A stretch of DNA of 59,943 nucleotides, counting the filler, from Bipalium vagum (taxonomy: Eukaryota), in assembly GCA_037834085.1 (NCBI GenBank). It is 3 parts of 3 records of this genome, joined end to end, with 100 filler letters (N's around TTAATTAATTAA, not from the genome) between each part and the next. Parts side by side here need not be neighbours in the genome. Positions count along the whole stretch, not along the records: positions 1 to 18,904 come from JBBMKC010016054.1; 2 more parts are not named here. One strand, given 5' to 3'. Below the pieces are notes generated by a model. That model was not told the origin of the DNA, ran no database searches, and saw nothing but the letters and a program-made list of their open reading frames with translations. This document shows positions 1 to 12,041 of this stretch, piece after piece; the first letter of the stretch is position 1, and every line of letters starts with the position of its first letter. The position numbers and the translations under genes are program-made.

Positions 1-46
<46 letters not shown>

Positions 47-77
47 CATAATAATAATAATCATAATAATAATAATA
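1..77. repeat. (TAA)n microsatellite
   Basis: Near-perfect TAA repeat with occasional TCA units. Confidence 0.95.
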
Positions 78-112
78 GCCTTCTGATGAGGAACTCAAAC
101 ACAATCATAGGC
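78..112 (+). ncRNA. Degenerate minimal type I hammerhead ribozyme-like motif (Penelope-type)
   Basis: GCCT(T)-CTGATGA-G gaact C-AAAC-acaa-TC-atAGGC. The CUGAUGA core box, a 1-bp stem II, a UH site and a closing GCCT/AGGC stem I are present. The G of GAAA is missing. Confidence 0.35.
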
Positions 113-942
113 AAAATATCATTAGGAAAAATAATTTTGAGGGAGACTGATACTTATCTTTGAGAGTTTCGGTAAGATAATCTAGTCCTCTTAAGAGTTT
201 TCTTCCCAAAGTTACTCTCGTGATTGTAGGTGAACTGATGGTAAAATCCTTCTTCTTACAGAGTGTTTTGCTCGAAGACTAATCAGTCGTAGACCAATTT
301 TATTAATGGGAAATCTCAATTCCCTTGTAGGATCATTAATCCTAAATCGGTTCCTCCTTGCGGACCTGACCTAATCTTTGCAATTTAGGTTCACCATTAT
401 CAAGATTAGATTCCAAAAAAATAATTTATTGCCTTTTGTACTGTTTAATTAGCCAAAATTATTATTCTTAGTATTATTATTATGATTATTATTATTTTTC
501 TTTTGAGCACAATTTTACAATTTTCATTTGGGATGGGTGGGTGTTTTGGGTAAACCCAACAAAATGGTTGGAAACGTCCGTTTGGACAAAGCCTCTTAAT
601 CTAAATAATCTAACCCCAAACCTGGTAGAAATATAAAATCAATTTATAATTGTTGACTCATTAAGATTTCTTTAATGTTCTCAAGATGACAGCTTGTAAC
701 ATTAGCTGGGTATCACGTCATTCAAAATGTGTTAAGTGTGGAATGACTGAAATTCATGATATACTTGAAGTAAGTGAAACTTTAACTTACTACGCGTACG
801 AATAAAAAAATAATAATACATTGGGTAAGTAAAATTTATTTTAAAGAAAAGTCTTCTGAATTAATAATTATAAAATTTCATTGATTTTATCGGTAAATTA
901 TTTTGTTTTATACAATCAATATTTAATGGCTGCATTTTTGAA

Positions 943-2200
943 AATGGAAAAATACGAATGTAGGATATTACTGAAATACTATTTCATGGAAAGGAAAACC
1001 AATACGGAAATCAAAGCAAGTTTGGGTAAACAACATCGTATTCCACTATTTAAAATTGATATTCAGATTTCAAACGAGGTCACACATGCATATACAGTAC
1101 CTGGCCATTGAAATAGACTCAAACAAAAAATATCGTTTTTTTGACGTAAGAAATTAAACCAATTTAATGAAAACCGTTTTGTAGAAATTAATTTTTCTTT
1201 ACTTTTGAACAAGGTGTCTCTTCGTAGTGTTTGTATTTCAGTCCCCAAACTAGTCTCTTCTTTATTATGGCCGGTGTTAACTTATGTTTTATGGTTATAC
1301 AATTGTTTGTAAAATAATACTTGAGTCTATTTCAATGGCCAGGTATTGTAAGATGAATGTCGTATTGGTCGTCAGATTGAGAGAAAAACTAACCAAATTA
1401 CCAGGCTGATACACACAAATGGTAGATCGAAAAGTGAAGATTAGACGGATTGCTGAGGTTATGAGCATTTCCAAAGACTGTGTATTGGTTAAAATACATG
1501 AAAAATTACAAATGAAAAAGGTATTGCAATATGAAGGCCTGCGTTCGTTGATCAGTGATCATAAGAAACAAGCTTTTAATGTTTTGAAAGAAATTTGGAA
1601 CTGTTTCAAAAAAATCCAAACCCCTGCTTTTTCTATCGATATGTCAACTGTCATGAAACATGTACTCATTATTACACTGCAGAGTCTACTCAACAATCGA
1701 AACGGTGAATATCACTTGGAGAAAGTTCGCTGTGAAAGTGAAGAACGCATAAAAAATGACTGGAAATATTATGGCTACGATTTTCTGGGATGCCAAGGGT
1801 GTATCACTCAGATCATCATAAGAAAGAAAAACTATCATACGATCTTATTGTGTAAAGTTGCTTAATCGTTTGAAGAATGAACTCAAGAGAAGAAAAAATT
1901 ACTGTTTCATCATGACAACGCACCCTCTCACACATCACTTGTTACTCTAGCAAAATTAGACAAATTAAGCCTAGGATTGATATCTCAACCTCCATAGTCC
2001 CCAGATTTGGCACTGAGTGACTTCCTTTATTTCTCAATTTAAAAGATTTCATTCTGACAAGAGATTAAATTCAAATAAAGAGGTGAAACAAAAAACAGAA
2101 CAGCATTTTAGAGAATTTCCGTCAAAGTATTTTTTAGGGGCTTAGAAAAAATTGAAAATCCCTGGTATCATTGTATTGATCTAAAAGGGTCTTATATTGA
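943..2200 (+). mobile_element. Decayed mariner (DD34D) transposase
   Basis: Frameshifted translation: MEKYECRILLKYYF..., FKRGHTC, HHDNAPSHTS (~1907-1937), PP*SPDLALSDF, WYHCIDLKGSYID. Confidence 0.88.
1095..1348. mobile_element. Tc1/mariner-type MITE inserted in the mariner
   Basis: 28-bp TIR CAGTACCTGGCCATTGAAATAGACTCAA (1 mismatch), flanked by TA on both sides. Confidence 0.9.
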
Positions 2201-2439
2201 TTAAAATAAATGCTGTTGTTTGACTTCATTGTTTTTTCTCGAGCAACCTAATATACCAATTAGGTTGCAGTAATAAATGGGTTGAGTTCATCCCGTTCTT
2301 ATAATTAATGTAAATATCTAATTCTCTTTTTGATCTTATGGTTTTGTTTAAATATATTACGCACATTATATATCGTAATTTTGAATTTATAGGTAACTTT
2401 GGAATATTACTTGAACTTGTGATGTTATACTGTTTAGAA

Positions 2440-2700
2440 AATGAAGCTCCAAATCGAGAAAAATAAATATATCCGTCATTCTCTTCTGTTTGGATTTAAT
2501 CTTGGTTCAAATGCTATCCAGGCAATCACAATCATCAACATTGTGTATGGAAAAAATTTATTGTAGTGAAAACAGTTTGAAAGTGGTTTCGCGTTTTAAA
2601 GAAAAAAAAATGATGTCCCTCGCAATGGGCGCCCAATTGAATTTGATGAGTAAAAATTATTGACCATTTTCAAAGAGGACAGTTACCAAACAACATTTTA
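2440..2700 (+). mobile_element. Mariner transposase 5' fragment
   Basis: IRHSLLFGFNLGSNAIQAITIINIVYG...V*KWF resembles the mariner N-terminal HTH. Confidence 0.6.
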
Positions 2701-2929
2701 AGATTTCTTTGTTTAACTTGAACATTTTTAAACAACAAAAATGTCTTGAATTTAAATATTCTTATCATTTGCTGAAAAATACTAAAACGATGACTATTGA
2801 CACCAAGAAGGCAAAAATTATTAAATATCGTGAGTCGAAAACTCCACAAGAAATCTAACTGAAGAACAGAAATGCTCTTTGGGATGTACCAACTCAATTA
2901 TTAAGAGAGCAGACGACATATTGTATTTA

Positions 2930-3400
2930 AAAAATCTACTTTATTAAAAGAAACCGAATTGCACAAAAGTAAGGAGTTTGAGGATCATTTAGTTAAATGG
3001 TTTCAGCATAAAAGAATGACAACATTTATCATTACCGATAACATATTAGGGATCTTGTAATAGAAAAGAAAATTAATAATTTTAAAGCATTTTCCGAGGA
3101 GCTGCAATCTTTGAAAAGGAGGCATCGGATTTAATCATTTAAATGGACGGGAGAAGTTGACTTTCATATTGCAGTTAAAAATAAATTCGTGCAATACGAT
3201 AAAAACAAATTTTTCTACAAAGCGCTTCCAGAGAGAACATTATTATTAAAAAAATACCAAATAAACACGAAAATGGGATCAAAAGTATGAGCTCACAAGG
3301 AGAATCTTTAATCATTAGAAAATATAAATTGCCACGAAATATAAATGTTGCGTCATTGGGGCTTCAATATAAAATTAACCCCATCCTCTCAATTTTTAAG
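2930..3400 (+). mobile_element. pogo/Tigger transposase fragment
   Basis: Broken frames with FYKALPERTL and IIRKYKLPRN, resembling CENP-B/DDE_1 motifs. Confidence 0.5.
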
Positions 3401-3430
3401 ATTTGCTAATGGATTTTGAAAAAAACTATT

Positions 3431-4000
3431 AATTTATTAATTTCCAAACTTTTTAATTATTTTCTTAATTTTAAATATTTATTATTTTATTAATTTTACT
3501 TTGTTTAAATGATGTTTTTTAATTAACTTTCCAAGGTCTAATTATTCTATTTATAAACCTAATTATAACTTCGATTTAATTGATTACCTTTTTATATATT
3601 TTCTTAGCTGCTGGAAATATTTTAGGTCTCTAGATATATATTTTATATCATGTTTCGTTTCCCTTTCTCGGCTATTGGTATCCTTTATTTCCATTTATTC
3701 AACTGAACATTCTTTTTTAATTATCTTTTTCTAAGAACGAACACAATAATTATTATTAAACTGTTACTTATAATGAGTGTAACGTGTCTCCTATAATTTT
3801 AACTGTGAATTATATTTTTATATAAAAATATTAAATGTAATCACACTCGAACTTCAAACTCTTATCTGATATGACAGTGTTCTGAACATTAGGCCATGAA
3901 TAACAGAGTGATAAAATCTCATATGATTTAGTAAAATGAGACCACACCACTTATAATAATAATTATTATTATTTTCATTATTATTGATTTGGTGAACATA
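3431..4000 (+). repeat. Duplicated GCNT upstream region (paralogous to ~11503-12041)
   Basis: Collinear identity, e.g. AATTAACTTTCCAAGGTCTAATTATTCTATTTATAAACCTAAT and GTAAAATGAGACCACAC occur in both copies. Confidence 0.9.
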
Positions 4001-4555
4001 ATGAAGGTGCGACATTTTTATTTTACTTTTATGCGTCTGTATCATCTCCATTCTGACTTATTTTAAATTATATAGTCCAACGACCAACCTATTCATCGGA
4101 GGTCTATGTACAGATCTATTCGATGAAAATACCAATCAGTCCATTTTTCGATCTGCAAAGAAATGGGTATATCCAATAAGCGATACGTTTTCCGATCGTG
4201 AACTTTCTGAAATGATGAAGAAAGATTGTGAAGGGTTTGTTCAGAGACGATACTATTTCACCCAATATCTAAAGACACCTGGCCTGAATGAAACCAGTTT
4301 CTCAATTGCATTTACGATCGTTGCATATAAGTCCAGTTCCCAGGTCGAAAGACTGTTGCGGGTCATTTATCGACCTTGGAACTTATATCGGTGCTACAGG
4401 CTGACATAAACTGCATGAAGGAACTTTATGAGAAGTTTAAAAGTTGGAAATATTTGATCAATCCTAAGGTCTTACAAAGGAGCGAACAACATTGAAGGGG
4501 CATATAAGAATAGAAGAGAAAATCGTCTTCCCGTGGTCAAAATGCCATTTCCGGT
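4001..4555 (+). pseudogene. GCNT/GT14 exon-1 pseudogene
   Basis: Near-identical to 12042-12806 (MMKKDCEGFV..YFTQYLKTPGLNETSFSIAFTIVAYK) but has an early frameshift and internal deletions. Confidence 0.9.
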
Positions 4556-5046
4556 TTGATTTTATTGATTATGGTTATATTTTAAACAAAGGCTTGGAAA
4601 ATGACAAAGGTTTTAATCAACCAGAAACTAGATTGACACTCAACTTGACGTTAAATGTTATCTTTTAAAATTTTGTGTATCGTTCTCTTTATATCGTTTG
4701 GAAGGGTTTTACTACTCACCAACCCCTCTGATGCACCTTTCTCAGAGTTCACATTGTTCTCATTAAGCTTTTATGATGGCCAAATGTTATCTTACTAATT
4801 GTTCCCTTTCATTACTTCTTATGTGTATTTTTGTTGAAACGAATAAATATTTTTAAAAAGAGATTAAATCAATAAAAATATGCTATAACAATAATAATAA
4901 TTTCTAGTAATAATTAATGTCCTTTTTTACTTTATTTGTTTTAAAAAATTTGATTTCAAAATTTAAACATATATACAAAGGATTTGTTTTACCACATAAA
5001 GATTCTTTATTGATTTACTTTAATCAGTTTTATTTGAATTTTTAAA

Positions 5047-5460
5047 TGATGAAAAGCGTATTAAAGCCCACATGCATTTTGAATTCTCGTTAGAAAGAAA
5101 AGCAATGGAAACTGCAAAGAATATCTGTTTCGCCTTTGGCCAACGTGCAGTTGATGACGGCAGATCTCACCGTCAGATCAAAACATTTCGTTAGGGCAAG
5201 TTTTCATTGGATGACGGGAATGGTTGACGGCGTGTACTCAGTTTTGATCAGGATGTTTTGAAAGTAAATTGGTCAAAAATACTCAAATTCACAACATAAT
5301 CAAGTGAGATCACCACTGGGAAAGATTAAAAAATTTGGAATGGGTTCTTGAAAAATTATCAGAAATGTACCGCAATCAAAAAATCACAATTTGAATTTTA
5401 TCATTATCACGTCGAAACCGTTCATCCTTAAATAATAATTGTAATAGTAAGGTTTCCAAG
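5047..5460 (+). mobile_element. Mariner fragment
   Basis: HFEFSLERKAMETAKNICFAFGQRAV...FR*GKFSLDD resembles the mariner N-terminus. Confidence 0.7.
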
Positions 5461-5548
5461 GAAATAGCCTATAGCCTTATAACAATGTAAAATCAGAGGA
5501 CAATCAGTTAGAACACTTAGTGATAGTGAGATAAATATTCATTTTTTT

Positions 5549-5612
5549 CCCAGACGAATCTTTTTATAATACCCTCAACTACAACTCACAACTGAGAATT
5601 CCTGGATCTTTC
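5549..5612 (+). pseudogene. Remnant of GCNT exon 2
   Basis: PDESFYNTLNYNSQLRIPGSF matches ~16855-16918. Confidence 0.85.
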
Positions 5613-7499
5613 AACATTTTACTTTACATTTTGTGATTTTATTCATTTACAAAAAATTGTATTTTTATCATTATGTAGCACTATACATTTTTTAATAAAT
5701 GAAATATATTAATAAAAAAGAAATAATAAATAATTATTAAATTAATAATAAAATAATATTATAACTTCTAGGCATATACACTGGGCAAGCAGGTGGAAAA
5801 ATAAATGAATAAATAATCTTACATTAAGGGCGAAAACAGGGATAGAGGCAACAGAGATCTAAAAGTTAAGGTTAAATAAATTAAAATAAATAATTTTCCT
5901 ACATTGTGGAGGACAGAGGAATTAAGTCCCAAAAGGACTAATTGATAAAAAGGACTTTTAATAAAATATATTTATAATTATATTATATTAATAATAATAA
6001 TAATAATAATAAAAATGATGATGGAAAAGAATATTTTATTTCTAAAGAATAAATGATTACTTCAAATAATAATTTTAAGAATTACGACATATATGGACAA
6101 TGACGAAGAGGGTCATTTAGAAACACAGGTGACAGCTGTAGCACACAAACTTACATGATAGGAATAATAAAATAAATACCTAAGCAAAAATCATAAACAT
6201 TCGCCTTCAAAATTCATAACTTGTAGTTTATCATAACGGAAAAGTAGTTTATTACAGCTAAAGCAAAATTTTGAAAGCTAGAGTTTATCATAACTCATCC
6301 AAAATTCAAAGCGTAAGTGAATTATCATATTTGCTTTAATTAATCAATTAATTAAACAGAAAGTGAATATTACTTCCGGTTTCTGTCCTTATAAATTAAA
6401 TTCTTCTTTCTTTTTTTCTGTTTATTTCCGACAATTGAAATCTGATAATCTCGGTATCAGATTCTATTTTTTTTACTTCAGGGCATCTGCAAAATTTCTC
6501 GTGCAGATAGATATCTTCTTTAATTATTTAGTGTCATTTTGATCTTAGTGTTAACATCTTTAAAAAAACTTGTAAAAAACTATAATTAGAATAAAAAATT
6601 TGAAAATCATTTTGTTTGTTTTATTTTTTGATCGGTACACTTCCTTAAGGAGTCATATTAAGATAAAATACACACATCAAATCAAAACTTTACAATTATT
6701 TGAATCAAATATCGAGACCTAACGGTACACCGATCATAAAAACTGGATTTCCAGGATCAAACCCCATAAAACCAATCTAAAATGAGTTATGCTTCTGTAA
6801 TTAAAATTGGCGGTTACCCACTCGGGAGGGCTAACAATTTCAATCAGAAACAACCTAATTTAACTTTAAATAATCAAGATTCAAGTAACACGGGTCAATC
6901 TTCACTAAATAAGATTAATAAATTGATAATGAAGAAAATAATAAAAATATTAATAATAATAAAAATAAAGAAAATAAAATAATAATAATAATAATATCAA
7001 GTCAATCGGTAAAGATTGCTTGATATCAGATAATATATTTCAATAATAAAATAAACTGCTGTTACGAAAGTTCGTACAGAGTTTATAAAGTGTGACTATA
7101 AAGTTCTTACTAAGTGTAAAAGTGTTGATTGTTCACAGCGTCTTTGAAATGCTCTAGAGTAATTCGTTCTTTATCTCTTTGATGGAAATTGACCTCTGCT
7201 GAATGTTCACTTGTGTTATAATTGAGCCTTTGGTGCGAATTATTGTGCGTGCTTTTACTATTTTACGTGGGTTTGTATACAGAACTTTTTCTGTAATTTC
7301 TATTTTTAGAAACATATATTATTTTATTTACATTGTTTTCTATTTTTAGTAATTTCTGGTTTCTATATTTGTTTTCTACATAAATCTTTTGTTTATTTGT
7401 TTTATTGTAATGTTTATAATTGATAATTTATAATAAGTAAAATAATAATAATAATTATATTTGTCTTTGACTTGATGATTCCATATTACAAAGATAAAA

Positions 7500-7935
7500 A
7501 TAAAAAAAAAATCACAAAAAGAATTGTATATCAAAAATTTCGTTATTTTGGGATGCTCCACAGTTTTATCATCTAAAATGAAGTGTCATTAGTAATTTCA
7601 GATGAGAAATTGTAGTAAATTCTGAACCCGTTTTCACACGACTGTATATTATAAATGTACTAATAACATACACATTGTCAATAACAGTCATAAGCTCTGA
7701 TAACAGGAATCTTTTTAATTTGTATTTCGGTTTTACTCTCCATTAAACAATATATTACTGTGAGACATATCGTAATCATTATTTCCATCCACTGCACGAA
7801 ACGAAGGTCTCCAATAAGTACAAATGTTTGCAGACCTTGTAACCTTATTTCTGGTTAGTCAAAAATTTGGAAAAAAATTACATTGCAATCGGACACATCG
7901 TACATGACAAAGCCGAGTAAGAGTACCATTCTCAT
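7500..7935 (-). pseudogene. F-type lectin paralog, pseudogene
   Basis: Signal-like MRMVLLLGFVMYDVSDCN; LTRNKVTRSAN...FRAVDGNNDYDMSH|NSCYQSL*; IDNVYVISTFIIYSRVKT. Two intron positions match the 9004 gene. It has a stop codon and lacks the WWxxDL strand. Confidence 0.8.
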
Positions 7936-8599
7936 ACCAATCAAATGAGAATAAGACTTGTATAAGACTTGGTTTCCTTGAATATCTGGCAAAGCATTAC
8001 TGTAATAATAATAATAATAATATTAATATTAAAAAAAACCATGAAACACTTAAAATTATTAATATTTTTCAATCTTACAAATGAAACGATTTCCTTAATC
8101 TCAGTCCTCTAAGTTCATTTTCTCAATACTATCATAACCACTTATCTCCTAGCTTGACAATGGATATCATATAATGTTTGCCGCAAAAAATGACTAGCAA
8201 GGAAATTCGAACAATGGCTGTCATACAATTGTCACAGTTAAATCCTGACAAGACTGTCACAGCAGATTTCTATCTGTTCTGATTTCCTACATTGTGAATA
8301 TTTGAATTTTAATAATTTTTGTAATTGTCATAGTTTTAAAAGTTTATTTTAATGATTTTTCATTGATTGAAAATGTAAGTAGTATTGAAATGAATAAACA
8401 AGTTTAATTTTGATGTTGTTTATCAATATAGACGTTGCCATTGTTATTATTAATTTATGGATTTATTATTATTATTATTATTATTAAATTTGTAATCATT
8501 TATTCATAATTAATATATGAAACTGATTTAAAATTTTCTTTAAAATTTGTTTTATCAACATCCCCAATGTGTAATGAGAAAAATTGTATTGGAAATATG

Positions 8600-8890
8600 T
8601 TAAAAAAAGAAAATTATTTCTTCTTCTCAGAAGACAATTGAATTAATGCTTTTGTCATCACGCTGCATATGAACCATTTTACTTGCTATTCGTTCATGCA
8701 GAACTCGATTTACATAATGGACAGGTGGAACAATAGAAATTATTTTTGAAATGGAAAACAATGTTTTCAGCAGGTGGTAGGATTTGAAATTTCATCTAAA
8801 CTCATCATTCAATGCTTCTGGAATGAATCCCAGTTGGAGTGGAGTGGGTTTAGTTAAATATACATGAAACATAAAGTAGAAGTTTTCCAT
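8600..8890 (-). pseudogene. Possible Piwi/Argonaute C-terminal fragment
   Basis: Frameshifted: ENFYFMFH...SLDEISNPT...ISIVPPVHYVNRVLHERI, resembling the PIWI-domain end (DFYL...deL..LT...SiPaPv.YA.). Confidence 0.4.
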
Positions 8891-9003
8891 GACATATCAG
8901 GAAAACAATGGAACGAATACAATATCATTTTTTATTCAACAAAAAACAATTATTATTTAAAAGTTTGCAAAGAGAGTTTTCGCAGTCAGTTGGGATTGTT
9001 ACG

Positions 9004-9945
9004 ATGAATCTTGCAAAGTTTATATTTCTTATTTTGAGGATTTCAGCCTCCAAAGGTATCAAACATATTTTTTTAATTTTAGTCATTACTTTCGTTCAGA
9101 TGTTCTGTTATCTTTGAAGAAGTTTACAAACTCTGCAAACAAATACAGGCTTTGGTATTCATCTCTTGCAGTAGATGGAAATTATGATAATGAAATGTTA
9201 CACAGTAAAATTATTGAACTGAGAATTATTGGTTAATCATTTACTTAGATTCCTGTTATCACAGTCTTGGAGTTAATGAAACCAAATGGTGGCTGATTGA
9301 TCTTGGCAATGTGTATGTCATTAGTAGACTTATAATATACAATAGAGTAAATGCGGGTCAGGTATTTATTTCCATTTTTCTTATTAATGAATTTATGCAG
9401 AGTTCTTAACATCTTGCCTTTCATTTTATGCCAGTTATGAAGGACAGAAAAAGTTTTCGTCAAAACTATCATCATTTTACTTCGTACAATATTATTCCGG
9501 ACCTCCACCCAAAAAAGAGTTGATAACTCAGTTCAACTTTACGAGATTGGCACTTTTATTTATTATCAATATATGCAGAGTTAATATTTTTGTTTTGTAT
9601 CCAGGTTGCAAGAACTGTGGTTATCGCAAAGAACTATTCTCAATATTCAATTATGTTGTGTGAAGTTGATGTTTATGGCCATCCTTTTCAAAAGTCAATG
9701 GGATCAAATTGTGAGCATTTCTAACAATTTTATTAATATATCACAATGTCTTAGACTTCGTGGCTCGATCAAACAGCGCAAATGAAAATAAAACTCATTC
9801 TCTAAAGGTGAAAGCAGGTTCTTTGGTAGAATGTGCAGTGATCTGCAACGATGATCTGTTTTGTCTCTCTTGGTCACTGGCAATGAGCGGAGATTGCTTT
9901 CTCTATGATATTATTGGGGGACAATATTTACTGGTCCCAAACTAA
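9004..9945 (+). CDS. Secreted F-type (fucolectin) lectin domain + C-terminal PAN/apple domain protein, 236 aa, 6 exons
   Basis: Exons 9004-9055, 9100-9204, 9249-9356, 9401-9549, 9605-9710 and 9755-9945 splice to 711 nt with no internal stop. Signal-like MNLAKFIFLILRISAS; F-lectin motifs SSLAVDGN, SCYHS, WWLIDLG..Y.I....IYNR and LCEVDVYG; PAN motif SLVECAVICNDDLFCLSW....DCFL. Four GT-AG introns are exactly 44 nt; one 55-nt intron is a probable GC-AG. Confidence 0.85.
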
Positions 9946-10689
9946 TTGAAGTGAAAGTAAACAAAAACAATATTTTGATGACAATATCAATGTGAAATAA
10001 AGTGCAAAGTTATAGAACGGTCTTTTAAATCAATTCTTTAATTATATAGTATTGTTTTTCAACTTTAATTTGATAGTGCAAAATAAAAAGGAAATATTCT
10101 TCACTGGAAATATATTTTTTTATCTTAAATATTATTGGCTGAATTTCATCCAATCGATTTATTTTCGGGATTATTATTCGATATTATTATAATATAGAAT
10201 TTACAGTAAATTAAGAAATTCTTATGTGTATGAAAAATTTCATAAAAAATTTAGGATTGGTTGTAAAATTATTTGTATGAACTACAAATAACACTTGGAA
10301 CGAAAACAGGAACTAGGTATAAGTCAAAAATAGGTAAAATGCTTTTCTAAAAAAATTAAGTTATTGTACTAAATACTAAAGTGTTAGAACAGGTATAAAT
10401 TCGTGGTACTTTCAACGAAGAAATAAGAATTTCAGAATAATTAACTCTGCTGCTGCTCTTAATGCTAAGCCCAAAATCTCTTCATATTTTTGTAGCCCAT
10501 TCGCCCCCTTTTCTATTAGGAATGTCAATCCGAGAGCTTTAATTATTCAGATTGGCTCATAAAAGTTTATCGATATTTTTCGTCATCTATCAAATGATAA
10601 TCTAAATATTTTCTGATCTATAAAAATTGATTTTCTAAGATTTGGCAATATCTTCAAAAAAGGAAAAGAAAAATTCAGAAGATATTTTA

Positions 10690-11360
10690 AAAGAAAAATG
10701 ATGAGATTTGATGAAAGAAGTATGGTACCGGTACTATTAAATATTTTTTTGAACAAATACGCGGTGAAGAAGAAAGACGAAATTAAAAAAACAGGATCCA
10801 CATACCAAAATCCCTATAACAAAGTTGTGTACAGGATGATAAAATAAACAGCAGTCGGAAAATAACAGACCAGGGGTATTCATAAGTCACATACGCAAAA
10901 TTTACCAAAATCAGAACGAAGATAATGTTTTGTGGGTAGTTTTAAAGACATGAGATTGTAGTAAAGTGAAATAAAAAAATATATCTTCGTTTGAAACTTG
11001 TTAATTTTCAAAATTCCTACTTACATTAATTAATTTGTCAAGAACCATCATTCGATATATATTTCATTAATATCATTGACCTTTACCCATTTTTCAGACA
11101 ATGAAAGAAATCTAAGTCTTTGATCAAATATCCGGGTTAGGCCTGGAAATTGCCCCAAAACTAATCCTATTGAAAATCTGTGGGAGTGCATTAATAAAAG
11201 ACTGATTAATATAATATACACTGAAGAACCCATATGACAAGAAGTTTCGAAATTTTTGCATTCCATTTCTCCTACACTATGCAAGCAGTTAATTAGAAAA
11301 GTTTCTGGACGAATACAAGGAATAAGAAAAATCGAAAGGTCATAACACTACATATTGACA
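10690..11360 (+). mobile_element. Decayed Tc1-like transposase
   Basis: *PGNCPKTNPIENLWECI (~11138-11190) matches the Tc1 WPxxSPDLNPIENLW motif. Confidence 0.7.
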
Positions 11361-12041
11361 GTTGAATAACATGAACCCTAATTTTATTGAGTCATATATA
11401 GGTCGTGTTTCATTTTCAGAGATATACGTAAAATAAATCATTTCTTAACGAATTAATTTACTTATTTCGTCCACTTTATTTATGAAATAGTTAGAAGGAA
11501 CAATTTAATTAATAATTTCCAAACATTTTAATTATTTTCTTCATTTTAAATATTTACTATTTTACTTTGTTTAAATGATGATTTTAAATTAACTTTCCAA
11601 GGTCTAATTATTCTATTTATAAACCTAATGAAAACCTCTGTTTAATTGATTACATTTTAAATATTTTTTTGCTACTGGAAATATTTTAGGTCTTTAGAAA
11701 TATATGTTATATCATGTTTCATTGTCCTTTCTCGGTTATTGGTATCATTTATTTCCATTTCTTCAACTGAACATTATTTTTAACTCTCTTTCTTAACAGC
11801 CCAAACGATTATTATTAAACTGCTACTTATACTGAGTCCTATAATTTTAACTGTGAATTATTTATATATATAAATAATTACACATTAACACTTCAAACTG
11901 TTATCTAATATGAAAACGTTTTGGACATTTGGTCAGGAATCATCATTGATAAAATGGTGAGTGATTTGGTAAAATGAGACCACACTACTTATAATAATCA
12001 TAATTATTATTAGTATCATTCTAATTGGTTTGGTGGACACA

